A stretch of DNA of 64,000 nucleotides from Podarcis bocagei (Eukaryota). Shown piece by piece: positions 1 to 13,179 of the stretch (positions within the stretch are counted from its first letter, which is position 1; each line of letters starts with the position of its first letter). The notes under the pieces were generated by a model. The model ran no database searches. It saw only the letters and a program-made list of their open reading frames with translations, and was not told the DNA's origin. The position numbers and the translations under genes were made by a program. Location of the stretch: assembly GCA_964188305.1 (NCBI GenBank), contig OZ076901.1; one strand, given 5' to 3'.

Positions 1-1360
1 ACCCGCCTGCCCCCTGTCCCCCAAAAACAGTACTTCTGTCTTCTCCGGATTCAACCTCAATCTGTTAGCCGCCATCCATCCTCCAACAGCCTCCAGGCAC
101 CCACACAGGACCTTCACCGCCTTCACTAGTTCTGATTTAAAGGAGAGGTAGAGCTGGGTGTCATCTGCATACTGATGAACACCCAGCCCAAACCCCCTGA
201 TGATCTCTCCCAGCGGCTTCATATAGATAATAAAAAGCATGGGGGAGAGGACGGAACCCTGAGGCACCCCACAAGTGAGAGCCCAGGGGTCTGAACACTC
301 ATCTCCCACCACCACTTTCTGGACACGGCCCAGGAGAAAGGAGCGGAACCACCGTATAACAGTGCTCCCAGCTCCAAGCCCCTCTAGATGGTCCAGAAGG
401 ATGTTATGGTCAATGGTGTCAAAGGCCGCTGAGAGATCCTGCAGAACTAGGAAACAGCTCTCACCTTTGTCCCTAGCCCGCCGGAGATCATCAACCAGCA
501 CGACCAAGGCAGTTTCAGTCCCATGATGAGGCCTGAATCCCGATTGGAAGGGACCCAAATGGTCCGCATCCTCCAGGCGTGCTTGGAGTTGTCTGGCAAC
601 CACCCGCTCAATCACCTTGCCCAAGAATGGCAGATTTGAGACTGGGTGATAGTTGGCCAAATTGGCTGGGTCTAAAGATGTTTTTTTAAGAAGCGGTTTA
701 ATGACCGCCTCTTTCAGCGGGTCTGGGAAGGCTCCCTCACCGAGGGAAGCATTCACCACCCTGCAGAGCCCATCGCCCAGCCCTTCCCGGCTCGCTTTTA
801 TCAGCCAGGATGGGCAAGGATCAAGGAGACAGGTGGTCGGTTTCACTTGTCGAAGCAGCCTGTCCACATCCTCGGAGGTAACAGATTGAAATTGATCCCA
901 TGTAACAGGACTAGACAGAACTCTAGTACTCTCCCACCCTGGCCCTGCTCCCACGGTGGAGTCTACCTCCTTCTGAATCTAAGCGACTTTATCTGCAAAA
1001 AACTTTGCAAAAGCATTGCAGGAGATCTTGGGGTCCCTACCAGGCCCCGGTGGTGCAGGTGGTTCCGATAGATTGCGAACCACCTGAAAAAGTCTCCTGC
1101 TGCTGTTTTCTGCAGATGCAATGGAGGCGGCGAAGAAGGCCCTCTTTGCCATCGCCATTGCCACTTGGTAGGCTCGACGTTGAGCTCTAGCCTGTGTCCG
1201 GTCTTATTCAGAATGAGTTTTCTGCCACCGGCGCTCTAGCCATCTCAACGATTGTTTCATTACCCTCAGCTCCGGGGAAAACCACAGGGCTGTCCGGGCT
1301 CCATGCAATCGGAGAGGGCGCTTCGGAGCCAGACAGTCAATAGCCCTGGTTAACTCCGCA
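1..1360 (-). mobile_element. L2-clade LINE ORF2 fragment (reverse transcriptase region)
   Basis: Minus strand reads RT motifs GVPQGSVLSP (~241-270) and VHQYADDTQLYLS (~143-180); CpG-retaining, so relatively young; runs off the left edge. Confidence 0.85.
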
Positions 1361-1361
1361 T

Positions 1362-1395
1362 GAATGAATTAAGTTCTTAACCCGAGGAACCACTG
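1362..1395. mobile_element. Right terminus of a Tc1/mariner(pogo)-type MITE (family A), probably interrupted by the L2
   Basis: aattaagttcttaacccgaggaaccactg-TA matches the end of the copy at 7987-8214. Confidence 0.65.
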
Positions 1396-1707
1396 TACTC
1401 ATTTTTCACTTTATTCTGACAAATCTCCCAGGCGCCTTTCCTTTCAGTGGCTTCCCTTCACTATTTATCACATTTATTAGTCACCCCATGCCCAGGAGGA
1501 TCCCCTGGGCAGCAAACAGTTGAAACAATTTAAAAACACAAGTCCAATAAAGCGGATGAGTTTTCATGTTGCCATTATTTAGACTGTAGCCTTGCTGGCT
1601 GTGCTGTGCTTATTTTATACCATGTGTGACTCCCAGCTGTTTTTAGATTCCTAAGAAATATGCATTGTTTCTGTTGGTGATGGCAACACCCTCTTACCTC
1701 TCTGCAG

Positions 1708-1811
1708 ATTACTCCTGTGCACTTCAAAGAGACATTCTCCTGCAGGGCCGACTCTACCTCTCTGAAAACTGGATATGCTTCTATAGCAACATTTTCCGCT
1801 GGGAAACACTG
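1708..1811 (+). CDS. GRAMD1B: GRAMD1B exon, GRAM domain (D)YSCALQRDILLQGRLYLSENWICFYSNIFRWETL
   Basis: tctgcAG acceptor, GTgggt donor; peptide matches the GRAMD1B GRAM domain as I recall it. Confidence 0.96.
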
Positions 1812-1929
1812 GTGGGTGCCTTCCTTAGCCCCTCTACCAATGGGCTTATTTCAGGACCATTCTGAAAACGCTGCACTCAGTCGGTTTGCTAACACTTTCC
1901 TTCATCTCCTTTATTTTGTTTTTGCACAG

Positions 1930-2025
1930 TTGACTGTCCGTTTGAAGGACATCTGCTCTATGACCAAGGAAAAAACTGCACGGCTCATTCCTAACGCTAT
2001 CCAAGTTTGCACTGACACTGAAAAG
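1930..2025 (+). CDS. GRAMD1B: GRAMD1B exon, GRAM domain LTVRLKDICSMTKEKTARLIPNAIQVCTDTEK
   Basis: tttgcacAG / GTgcgt, phase 0-0, continues frame. Confidence 0.96.
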
Positions 2026-3330
2026 GTGCGTGCCGGAATCGTCAGTTCTTGACACATCCGAAGAATCGAGTGCAGAGGGCTCTGCTGGTAGACAGGGAAC
2101 CTGCTCTGAACTCTTGAGTTGAGACAGACAAGAGTTGGCCCCAGGAATTGACTGACACGGTGCAGAATTCCTTGGGGTGCATTTGACAGCTGCAAAAAGA
2201 AAATTTACTAGTAAAATGAGCATAAAGGTAGCCTGGTGGATCAGGTCAATGGCCCATTTAGTCCAGCATCCTGTTCTCAGTTTGGAGTGAGACAGTAAAG
2301 TTTAAGGATGCTTCCATTTGAGGCCTTATGTCACAAATGGGTCATTCAGACCCAGTTGTCCTGTATATACATTTGGCACATTCACTTTCTCTCATTCCTG
2401 GTTTCTCAGTTCAGGCTGGCATTTTTGAGACAATGACAAAGTGTGGGTGCTACGAAAAACACATGTTCTTAAGTGGCACCAATTCCACAGTAAAGCTCCC
2501 ATCTGGAAGAGAGTTGAAAGTGCCAGGGTATTTATATTTGTCTTGTTGTTCCTTGAACCAAGCAAGTTTTTGCAGAGTTTTGAGACAATGCAAAGCACTG
2601 CAGGATGTGTTTACTGTAGGTAAATTTGGGGTGTATTATATACAAACAATGAGCAGTGATCCTTCACTCAGTTCTACAAAAACCATCTAGGCTCATTTGC
2701 CCCTATGAAGCCTTTAGCAAGTTCCCCTTGGACCCAATTCTTGGTCCTTGAAATGGCGACTGAGAGTGCAGTCCTACAACCATGTACCTGGGAGTAAGTC
2801 CCATTGAATTCAGTGGGCTATATGTCTGAGTAGACATGTATAAGAATGCGCCTGTGCCTTTGCTCATTCTCCATCACTTGTTCCTCTCTTACTGTTGACA
2901 TTTCAATTGTAGATTCCTTGGGTAGAGGCTTGTTTCTCTTGCTGATAAAAACTCTCAAAAGTTTCACTTATGGCGCTGAATACCTTAATCATAATTTAAT
3001 GATGTGTGCTGAGGGTGGTGTATCACAGGCTGTCGGTTTGGCAGAAACAGTTAAATGCAGAGGTCAACAGGTGAAAAGAACACTTGGACCAGCTCTGTGA
3101 CATGCATACTGTTCCCTGGACCACCCTAGCTGTGGAAAAATAAATTCAAGGCTATGAAACGGATAGTGTAACAAAGGGGTGTTATGTAAGTAGCTTACTG
3201 AGTCTAAGTTGCATAAGTAATGCATTTGCTCGTTTTGCCTTACTACCACCAAGCTTCTCAGTTCTCATATAATTTGATCGGAAAATAGCAAGCTCTCTGC
3301 TTCACTTTGCCAAATCTCTGTTCTCCACAG

Positions 3331-3411
3331 CACTTTTTCACTTCCTTCGGCGCCCGAGACAGGACATACATGATGATGTTCAGGCTCTGGCAGAATGCCC
3401 TCCTTGAAAAG
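3331..3411 (+). CDS. GRAMD1B: GRAMD1B exon HFFTSFGARDRTYMMMFRLWQNALLEK
   Basis: ctccacAG / GTaaat; conserved peptide; missed by ORF track. Confidence 0.96.
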
Positions 3412-3907
3412 GTAAATGGAGATGTGGGGACGCTCCTCACATAGATATGAATCTGTTTATTTATATGAAAGGTACAAACTCTTCCCTTTTGCAATACTTT
3501 GTCAAAGAAGCTGACAAACAGTCAAACTCACATACTATAACGGAAAAGCAATTAGAACAGTACAGGTAAAAAGGACACTAACCACACGTCAGCATTCTGA
3601 ACGTGAGGTACCACAGCAGAAAAGGCCCCAATATTTTGAGTTTACAATTTTTGAGTGCTCCAAATACTGTGTCTTAGTGATGCTTACAGCACTCTTATAA
3701 AGTTCACCCGTATTGCCGGGTGTGATGTATGAGAAGCGGTAAGTTGATTAAGAGAACCCATTGATGATAATTGAACTGGGTACATCCTTGCTCATGGCTC
3801 TTTGGTTTTTTTAAAAATAAAAAGGCTACACTGCACCACCTCTTTAATTAAACTTTTCCCATCTGAGGTTTGCTTTGTCCTGGACTATGAGCTTTGTCAA
3901 GCCTCAC

Positions 3908-3957
3908 CAGAAGTTCATCTTGTTCAGGAAGACAGAAGTTCATCTTGTTCAGGAAGA
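3908..3957. repeat. Perfect 25-bp tandem duplication
   Basis: cagaagttcatcttgttcaggaaga x2. Confidence 0.9.
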
Positions 3958-4702
3958 ATGCACCGGGTTTTTATTTTTTAACAAATGGTTTCTTTTTATC
4001 ACCCTCTTTACACAATCTCGCCTTTCCTAGCCTCATGGTTTACAAACCGCAAGCTTCTTTCTGAATTCCAACATTGGTTAGAAATTTTAAGGCCCTGTTT
4101 TGATGATGTGATTATGACATGCCTGCCTGCGCACATCCCAACAGCTGTTTGGCTTGGCTTTCAAGGACGTCTTTCTCTTTTCCATCTCCCCTTTTTAGGG
4201 CTACCAGTGCATTTGACCCTTTCACATATTAACTTTTGAGAATCCAGCTCTTCGTGTACAAGGCTTCCATTGTTTCAGTCTAAAAGCCTCAAGGGAAATA
4301 TATATACATGCATATATGCATAGATAGCTACCAGAGACTGTAGCCTGCTTCAGATCACTTTTTCTTTAAAGTATTGTTGGTGACGTGCAGTTGGTTTGTT
4401 TTTTTAAATAAACTCAAATCATGATGTTATTGACAATGGCTACCTATTCTACATTTGTCAACATAGGAATTCTCTGCACTGTGGCTTCCAAACCAAGGCA
4501 TTGGTCGCAAGAGCCTTGCATGATTTTCACATGTGATGACACATACAGTTTTTTGTTGGTGCATTTAGTACAGATCTTGTGGTGGAAAAAAATAGGTAGA
4601 TGTCATAATTAGGTTTGGAGCCATAAGCAAGCGTAGTTCGTCTGCTTGGGTTTTGTCACCTTCCTATGGAGAGGTCCCAATCCACAGTGTTTCTCTCCAC
4701 AG

Positions 4703-4818
4703 CCCCTGTGTCCAAAGGAGCTCTGGCACTTTGTGCATCAGTGTTATGGCAGTGAACTAGGGCTGACGAGCGATGATGAAGACTACGTGCCTCCTGACGA
4801 TGATTTCAACACGATGGG
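4703..4818 (+). CDS. GRAMD1B: GRAMD1B exon PLCPKELWHFVHQCYGSELGLTSDDEDYVPPDDDFNTMG
   Basis: ctccacAG / GTacgt, ends phase 2. Confidence 0.96.
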
Positions 4819-5074
4819 GTACGTTGAGCTAAAGCGTGCGGAGACGTGTCAAACAAACTTTAGCGCACAAGGGTCAGAAGCTGGATCTGCCTCAGGCACT
4901 CGCGTGGGCCAGGAATGCTGGATCAGGCCAGGGTGGGAAATATGCTTCATTTCCTTCTGACCTTACTATGTGCAATTTGCCACCCCCACCATGTATGCCT
5001 GTAACTTCATGTATCTGAGGAAGTAGATGGTAGTCCCCAAAAACGTATTCCATAATGCATCTGTTAGTCCTTAA

Positions 5075-5570
5075 GATCATGGAATCATAGGATTGTAGGG
5101 TTGGAAGACATCATCTTCCCCAAGCCCCTCCAGTGCAGAGATCACAGCTAAATAATCCTTGACAGATGGCCATCCAGCCTCTCTTTAAAAACCTCCAATG
5201 AAGTAGAGTCCCCACCTTCCAAGGTAGTCCGGTCCACTGTCAAACACATCTTGCAGTCAGAAAGTTATTATCTCCTTTCTTGTAATGTGAATCCTTTGCT
5301 TCAGATCCTACCCTCTGGAGCAGCGGGGGGAGGGGGGAAGCTTGCTCCATCTTCCACGTGACAGCCCTTCAGATATTTGAAGACGGCTATCGTATCACCT
5401 CTCAGTCTTCTCTTCCCCAGGCTAAATGTGCCCAACTCCCCCAGCCGTTCCTCATAAGGCTCGGTTTCCAAACCCTTGATCATCCCGGTCACCCTCCTCG
5501 ACGAACATTTCAGCCTGGAAATGTCCTCCTTAAACTGTGGTGCCCAGAACTGGACACGGTACTCCAGGTG
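5075..5570 (-). mobile_element. CR1 LINE 3' fragment
   Basis: Minus-strand [18 protein letters not shown]...RRLRGD...FKYLKG (CR1 ORF2 C-terminus) plus (attctatg)-type tail at ~5075-5095. Confidence 0.85.
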
Positions 5571-5737
5571 GGGACAATGATGTCACAAGGTTTCTTTCTT
5601 GTCCTGGCTGCAACAGACTGCCTGAGCTCCCCTACGGGATTTTTTTTACTCCTTTGGTTTCACTCTCCGGTGCTTTTAGCAGCTGACTGATGTGAGGGCT
5701 GGCGAAACTCAACGTTCGTTTCTGCTTGTTCTTTTAG

Positions 5738-5897
5738 CTACTGTGAAGAGATCCCTGTGGAAGAAATTGAGGTGAACGACAGCTCCTCGAAAAGCAGCAT
5801 GGAGGCCAAACTGGAGGCGAGCCCTCAGTTTCCTAAGAAGTCTGTCACCAATAGTAGCACATTGACACCAACAGGAAGCAGCGAAGCTCCAGTCCCA
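5738..5897 (+). CDS. GRAMD1B: GRAMD1B exon YCEEIPVEEIEVNDSSSKSSMEAKLEASPQFPKKSVTNSSTLTPTGSSEAPVP
   Basis: cttttAG / GTaggc, phase 2-0. Confidence 0.93.
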
Positions 5898-6504
5898 GTA
5901 GGCATTTTTTCCTCTTGCAGAGTTGCATCTTTGATCTGACCCAATGCATTGGTAGGCAGGGGACTGCTATTTAACATAGCTTCCCCAAATTAATTTTTGT
6001 CTTTCAATATTGGTTTTTAGCTTCTAAATGCAGGGAAAGCAGTAACCGCCATGGTTCTCTTCCCTAAATAGAGAAGGAATCTGGATTGTAATTAATCTAA
6101 ATATTCAAGTTCCCAATGGATTTGGGTTGGGACACTGATGGTGGCTCTCTTGTAATCAACCTGGTGTGTGTATTTTGTTTTTAAAGCTGTAGATGGTTTT
6201 CTTTGTAGATAGTCCTTAATTGGTTTATAGTGGTGGATTTGGTTTTTTTAAGTGTATTTACTTTTTAAGCATCGGTCTTACTATCTTCCACATACAAGTT
6301 CTGCAGCTGGGCAGATCGCCACTCTCATTCTAAAGCTGGGTGCTGAAACATTTTCTCACAAAGACCTGCCCACATCCTCAGAGCGCATTCCTCAAACGGC
6401 ATGGCCAGTTCCTTCTCACTCAGTTGCCTTCTCAGCGCCATAGTCTCAGTGTCGTTCAGAACAATGTCCTCTCCCTAGACAGTCTTTTCCTTTCCTATTG
6501 TAAA

Positions 6505-6788
6505 TTCAGGGCAGGTAAAATAAAGTCCTTCTTCCCGCAGCGTATAGTTAAACTATGGAACTCGCTCCCACAGGATGCAGTAAAGGCCACCAACTTTGAT
6601 GGCTTTAAAAGAGGATTGGACAAATTCATGGAGGGCAAGGCTATCAACATCTACCAGCCACGTGGCTATGCTCTAACTCCACTGCCTTCTGCCAGGGCCC
6701 GGCTTGCCAGTTTCCCATGGGCAACTTGGTGGCTACTGTGGACTGGATGAGCCACTGCAGGGCTCTTTGTAGGTTTTTATGATCTTAC
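6505..6788 (+). mobile_element. CR1-type LINE 3' fragment
   Basis: FFPQRIVKLWNSLPQDAVKATNFDGFKRGLDKFME motif and degenerate (ttcttatg) tail. Confidence 0.75.
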
Positions 6789-7049
6789 TGCTTACTTTTC
6801 TAATTTTATTTTTAAGAAATATTCCTCTCTTCTCTCATTCCCCCCTTCTTTTTTCAGTTTTGCATGGAAAACTTGTGCTTCCTCAATGCTTCCATGTACA
6901 TTGGCCAGTATGGCCAAAACATCTAGGGGGCTCCACATTTTCCCCATCCCTACCATAAGTATACAAAAGGAAGGTGCCCCAATATAAATGGATGTAATAA
7001 GAACATCTTGCATATAGTGTGATGGTTGCATATGTTTGTAGCCCAGTGT

Positions 7050-7305
7050 GCATAAGAGCACCAGAAGAGTTCCAGCTGAAGGTCTGCCTGGTCCACCAAC
7101 CTTCTTCCCACAATGGCTGATCAGATGCCTCTAGGAATCCCATCAGCAGGCCATGGAAGTCAACAACTCCCCTCTCCTGTTTTTGCTTTCCAACAGCTGG
7201 TATTCAGTGTCATACGGCCTCTGAGCATTGAAGCTCCAATTATCCCTTTTTGCTAATATCCATTGATGGACCTTCCTTGAAGGATTTATCTAATCCCTTT
7301 CTAAG
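7050..7305 (-). mobile_element. CR1-type LINE 3' fragment (old)
   Basis: cataagag...gtccaccaac...tggtattcag...atttatctaatcc resembles the reverse complement of 6505-6788-type tails. Confidence 0.55.
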
Positions 7306-7575
7306 GACACAGGTCAATATAAGTAAGAATTGCATTTGGCCCCAGGCTCTTTGAAACTCGCGCTGTAGTCCCACAGGTTGCAAAACCATCTTAGTCCACA
7401 CGGAAAGGGAATCGTGCCGCTTTTTATGGAGCAAGCCTAGGTCTTTCCGTTTCCACAGGGAACAATGGGAAATCGCTCACCTTGACCCCATAGAGTTTCA
7501 GCCATGCCTGACAAGCCTCAGCATGACCCCCCTTAAGGCAGCAGTAACACCCTGATCTTTCTTGCACCCTTCCAG

Positions 7576-7762
7576 TATGAAGGAGTAGTTCCCGAGGAAG
7601 AGGAGGTCATTGACGTCCCCTCAGAGAAGGAGCTGACAATCGCAAACCTTATTGGAGACAAGATTGAGATCATTGCCCCCATTAATTCCCCCTCCCTGGA
7701 CTTCAATGACAATGAGGACATTCCAACTGAACTCAGCGATTCCTCAGAAACTCACGATGAAG
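7576..7762 (+). CDS. GRAMD1B: GRAMD1B exon YEGVVPEEEEVIDVPSEKELTIANLIGDKIEIIAPINSPSLDFNDNEDIPTELSDSSETHDE
   Basis: cttccAG / GTgtgt; conserved SPSLDFNDNEDIPTELSDSS. Confidence 0.95.
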
Positions 7763-7803
7763 GTGTGTGACTGGCGGCTGCAGGTATTGTGGTGGGTTTA
7801 ACA

Positions 7804-7939
7804 CAGGCATCCCCAAACTCGGCCCTCCAGATGTTTTGGGACTACAATTCCCATCATCCCTGACCACTGGTCCTGTTAGCTAGGGATGATGGGAGTTGTA
7901 GTCCCAAAACATCTGGAGACCCAAGTTTGGGGGTGCCTG
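7804..7939. mobile_element. hAT-type palindromic MITE
   Basis: TIRs caggcatccccaaact / agtttgggggtgcctg; perfect 8-bp TSD GTTTAACA (7796-7803, 7940-7947). Confidence 0.9.
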
Positions 7940-7986
7940 GTTTAACAGCTCCTGTAAGTGTCCTCCGCCCCCCATCTTAAATACTA

Positions 7987-8214
7987 CAGTGGTACCTCGT
8001 GTTACAGACACTTCAGGTTACAGACACTTCAGGTTACAGACTCCGCTAACCCAGAAATAGTACCTCGGGTTAAGAACTTTACTTCAGGATGAGAACAGAA
8101 ATCGCGTGGCAGCGGGAGGCCCTGTTAGCTAAAGTGGTACCTCAGGTTAAGAACAGTTTCAGGTTAAGAACAGACCTCCATAACTAATTAAGTTCTTAAC
8201 CCTAGGTACCACTG
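7987..8214. mobile_element. Tc1/mariner(pogo)-type MITE, family A
   Basis: TIRs cagtggtacctc...aggtaccactg, TA TSD; homologous copies at 30476, 58555, 62882. Confidence 0.9.
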
Positions 8215-9090
8215 TATGAAAACTAATTTGGAAGGCTCAGGACTTCCAAGCTCAAAGTCCATCTGCTGGATTTCCAATGATGTTTAATATTCCTTTGTTC
8301 TTCTCTAGGTCGCATGTATTGCTTGATTACTTTTAGAGTTTGCATCATCATTAGGTTAATGGTTAGACAGTCTCAGCACTGTCCGCCAAAAGCAACTCCC
8401 AGACAAGTCTTCATTGATTTCATTAAGGCTTGTGCAGGAGATGTTCCTAGATTAGTAGGGGGTGGGATTCACATGAGACTTTTTAAATTGATTTCATAGT
8501 ATAACCAGATAAGTAATAACATAAAGTCAACTTAGTGTATAAAAGCAAGGCAAGGCATACAAAGTTATAAGCATGAGGAATAATTACACCCAGAAGTAAC
8601 TCAATACAGCCATATTTCTCTAGATGATGCAGGGAGATGTTGTTGCATATCCAGATCTGAAACGTAAGAAATAAAACACCACCAAACAGAATAGAAATGT
8701 TCAGGGTCAGCCTTCTCTTTGGAGACATGTAGTTCACATGAGACTTTTGACTACTCAGGAACCAGATCAAATGGCAGAGATGTTAGAGTTCATTGAGTCC
8801 TCCTGAAGATCTCCTCTCACCTTTTGCATTCATGCATTCATGGATCACTTTCTGAAGGGATCCCACATGGAAATGTGACATCAGGTTTACTTAACTGTTT
8901 CAGGGATGAATCTGTGAGCAGGATCAGAGTTCCCTTTGGGGTCCTGCTTGCGGGATCATCTCTGGAACTGACAATCTCAAAATCAGCGTCATGTTTGCAG
9001 GCATCGTTAAGTGATCCCCTGAGCCCAGGTGTGCATCCAGGTGTGTCAGGTGAAAGACTGCAACGTTAAGCTCTCTGCTTCTTTATACAG

Positions 9091-9234
9091 GGGAAGTTCA
9101 GGCCTTTTACGATGATCTGAATGGACGGCAGTACATGAACGAAGTCTTCAATTTTAGTGTGGATAAGCTGTATGACCTGCTCTTCACAGACTCTCCATTC
9201 TTGAGGGACTTTATGGAGCAGCGGCGGTTTTCTG
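9091..9234 (+). CDS. GRAMD1B: GRAMD1B exon, start of VASt/ASTER domain (G)EVQAFYDDLNGRQYMNEVFNFSVDKLYDLLFTDSPFLRDFMEQRRFS
   Basis: ttatacAG / GTaagc, phase 1-1. Confidence 0.96.
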
Positions 9235-10644
9235 GTAAGCTTGGGAACTCCTTGCCTTTTACATCAGTCAGTAGTACTCTTTGGCACCGGCTAACATCAT
9301 TTTTCTTTAGTCAAGCCCATCCAGGTATGTGAAATGTTGACACTTGTCTCAACCTGTTTTTAGCTTCCTGTTGATTTTTTTTGTTTCATTTTAATCTAAC
9401 TGTTTCTAACTGTTTTTACTGATGATTTCATCATTTTAGACTTTCTGTAAACTGCTTTGTGGTTGTTGTTTTTTACAATCAAGGGCTATATAAATTTTAA
9501 TAAATAAAATAAAATGTTGCACATCCGTACTACAAATCTGAATCAGTTTGAAATGTCAGAATGGCATGCCACACAACCAAAGGTTTTTGGGGATTTGTAG
9601 TTCTACAGCAGTTGCTCAAGATCACCAGCAAACCATTCTCTATGCCTCTCACAACATCGTAGTTCCCAAAATTTGGGTCAGAAAATGTGGTGGGGAGGGT
9701 GATCTTCCTGAATTCATTTTGTAACCTTAACCCTCAGCCAAAGTAACAATGAGGGTTTTTGTCCTATTGCCTGAGTTCTGTATAATGGTTTTTATTTTTT
9801 ATGACAATGGAAAACCAAGAAGAAGAAAATGTTCTTGCTGGTGGGAAAAGGACAAAACTCCCACAATTCTTCCACCCCACCCTGCCCAGCACCTAATTTG
9901 TATTTTATTTGGAGCATTGATATCACACATTTTCCTCCAAGTAGCTCAGATTGGGATATTGACTCGGAAGGGACATTGCCACACCTTCAGCAGAGATGCT
10001 CGTGATTAGTGGGGTTCTCTGGAGTTGTTCAGCTCCCCTGGGCAACTCCACCAGACTTTATCAAAACTCCTCCTAAGTTCTGCCAAACCCCTGTGAGAAC
10101 ATGTGCAAGTCTAATTGAAAACCTCCCTGAAAACATTTCCTATAGAGCTTCACCAAAACCTCCCCAAATTCCCTTTAAAATTTCACTTAGATAAACTACA
10201 GGTACCTGAAACCCACCTGAGGACCATCCGGCCGATCTCATCAGATTGCATCACCTCGCAAATTAGAGGGGCCTCAGTGTGAATCCAGCCGTGGTTTGGC
10301 TCAAGTAATGTGAACTTTGGGCCTGAAAGCCCTGAGATGAAATCCCACCCACCCCTCCTCTCTTTGTGGCCTTGGGTAAATTACTATTTTTCGCCCTCAG
10401 TTTCCTGTTTTGAAAATGGGAACTTTTAATGGCCCACTTGATCAATGAAAGGGAGAACAGGATTTAGGATAAAAGGCACCACATCGGAGGCATACCAAAC
10501 AATAAGCCTTCTGTGTCCACCCTGCTGAGTCTGCCAGCTGGGGTGGAGGTGGGGCTGTGGCTTGACTTTGGTCATGGGAGTAATTTTTATTTTCCCCTGG
10601 GAACTGCGTTGTGCTTTGCATTCTCACCCATTGGCCTTTGTTTT

Positions 10645-11530
10645 GAACATAAGAGGAGCCTGCGGGATCAGTCCATTGGCCCATCTAGTTGCACGTCCTG
10701 CTCTCACAGTGGCCAGCCAGATGTTGTGATGGGAAACCCACAAGCAAGACTTGAGCACAGAAGCCCTCTCCCCTCCTGTGGTTTTCAGTAGCTGGTATTC
10801 AGAAGCACTGCTGCCTCCAGGTCATAGCTGTCAACCGTCCCTTATTTGGCGGGAAACTCCCTTATCCCAGGGCCCTGTCCCGCTGCTGTCCCTTATTGAT
10901 TACGTCCCTTAAATTTCCTGGGTTTCAAAGGAAGCAGCTCCTCTCCCTCCCTCCCTGCTGGCCAGGGAGGAGGGAGGCTCCAACTGTGTTGCTTGGCTGT
11001 GTTGCTTGCCCAATGAGGAGTCTGAGAACGACTGTGGGGTGGAGCTTGTATGCCTTGTGCCGATCAAATTGGCCGCATTGCCTGGGAACTCGCCTTTGCT
11101 CAGCGCTTCCCAGAGGAGAGGTGGCGGTGGTTTTCCTTGCTGCATCCCCTTGGCCAGGTTGCTGCGCTGTGGGAACCACCGCTTGAGGCTTCGTTTGGCT
11201 GCTGGCTGGGCTTTCTGCCTTTGGCTTGGAGGGGCTCAGAAGCTGAACATACCTGTGCCTGAAAAATCCCTTATTTTGGCTGCTGATCCCTTATTTTCGA
11301 GGCTGCTGGTCCCTTATTTTCAAATCTGTAAGTTGATAGCTATGCTCCAGCTGTGAAGGAAGAGTATGTCCATCCTGGCTGGTAGACATCAGTTGCCTCC
11401 TCCTCCATGAATTTATCTAATCCTCTTTCAAAGCCATCCAAGTTGGTGGCCATGAGCTCCTCTTGTGGCAGAGAGTCCCAGTGTTTAACTGTGCGCTGTG
11501 TGAAGAAGCACTCTTCTTTCATCTGTTCCT
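10645..11530 (-). mobile_element. CR1-type 3' fragment split by a nested hAT element
   Basis: Tail at ~10645 (gaacataagag); ORF2-end FFTQRTVKHWDSLPQE...DGFERGLDKFMEE at 11345-11520; the two parts rejoin across 10823-11344. Confidence 0.75.
10823..11344. mobile_element. hAT non-autonomous element
   Basis: TIRs catagctgtcaac / gttgatagctatg; 8-bp TSD CTCCAGGT/CTCCAGCT; subterminal tcccttat repeats. Confidence 0.85.
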
Positions 11531-11544
11531 CTCTCTTTTCCCAG

Positions 11545-11663
11545 ACATTGTCTTTCATCCCTGGAAGAAGGAAGAAACTGGCAATCAGAGCAGAGTTATC
11601 CTTTATACTATCACCCTCACCAACCCTCTAGCCCCCAAAACTGCCACTGTCACTGAGACTCAG
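11545..11663 (+). CDS. GRAMD1B: GRAMD1B exon (D)IVFHPWKKEETGNQSRVILYTITLTNPLAPKTATVTETQ
   Basis: ttttcccAG / GTgaga. Confidence 0.96.
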
Positions 11664-11732
11664 GTGAGAAGCCCGAGGCCTACACTGGGCTGTTCAGCTT
11701 GAAGTAAGGATGGTTCAGTTAAGGCCGCAGAG

Positions 11733-12010
11733 GCCCCATTCACATTATACATTTAAAGCATTACGACATCACTTTAAACAGTCATGGCTTCCCCCAAAGA
11801 ATTCTGGGAGCTGTAGTTTGCTAAAGATTCTGTGAGTTGTTAGGAGACCCCAATTCCCCTCCCAGAGCTGCAATTCCCACAGTGGTTTTATCAGTCAGTC
11901 ACTCTAAACTACAGGGAACTCTAAGCTACAGGTCCAGAATTATTTGGAGGAAACCATGACTGTTTAAAGTGGTGTCATAGTGCTTTAAATGTTTGTCGTA
12001 AATGTGGACA
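11733..12010. mobile_element. Palindromic MITE
   Basis: Long inverted arms acatttaaagca...actttaaacagtcatgg / ccatgactgtttaaagt...tgctttaaatgt. Confidence 0.7.
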
Positions 12011-12505
12011 TAGCCTCTGAGTTCATTCAGACATGGTGTATATTGTATTAATTTTCCTGATAATGTTAGCACTCCTGTCTCATTTTCTAACGTTCCTTTC
12101 CTGCTGCAGTACCTGTTGCATTATGGAACTATGGCTTTTTTACCGATATACCAGCACATCACGCTAAATTTCAATCACACGTGGTGTTGCACAGCAACTA
12201 ATGTCATTGGACAGCATTGCTACTCTCCCGCCCTGTCCACACATGCCTGCTTCTGTTCCCCCATGTTTCCCCCATGAAAATGTCAGGAAAGAACTGTGTG
12301 CTAGTATAGCATCATTTTATGAAATAAATTATGAAATAAATATATTGCCCCAAATTCTGACACTTTACTCCCATGATTTTCCAGGTTAAAGGGGTTGCAA
12401 CCCGATTTCCCCCCCTAGAATCAAGTAACACTAAAATGAGCATCAAACCCATGCTATACCCCACTAGTTTTCCGAAAGCGACTCTTACATCATGTGAAAG
12501 ATCAG

Positions 12506-12822
<317 letters not shown>

Positions 12823-13179
12823 TGAGTACAGCAGGGCTATAGCTTTGCGATATTAGCAAGGACTGTGATAAATGGAGTTGAATGACACCTGCCCAGATAG
12901 GTTGCTGCTGCTCATATTTCTAAGCTTGGAAATACAAGTCTCAGAGGCTAGTGACACTCAGTTTACTCTAAGCCAGGAGGGCAGGAGATGTTTTTCAGCC
13001 AGAGGACTATGTGGTCTCGAGAACTTCCCAAGAGCTGCATGCCAGTGGAGGGTGAAACCAGAGGCAAAAGCAGATAGAGCGACAGATTTAGGATTAAGAT
13101 GATTATATCGTCACCATCATTGATTTATTCATTGCCTTCTAAACCATTGTCTCAAGGCAATTTACACTTAAGAAAATTG

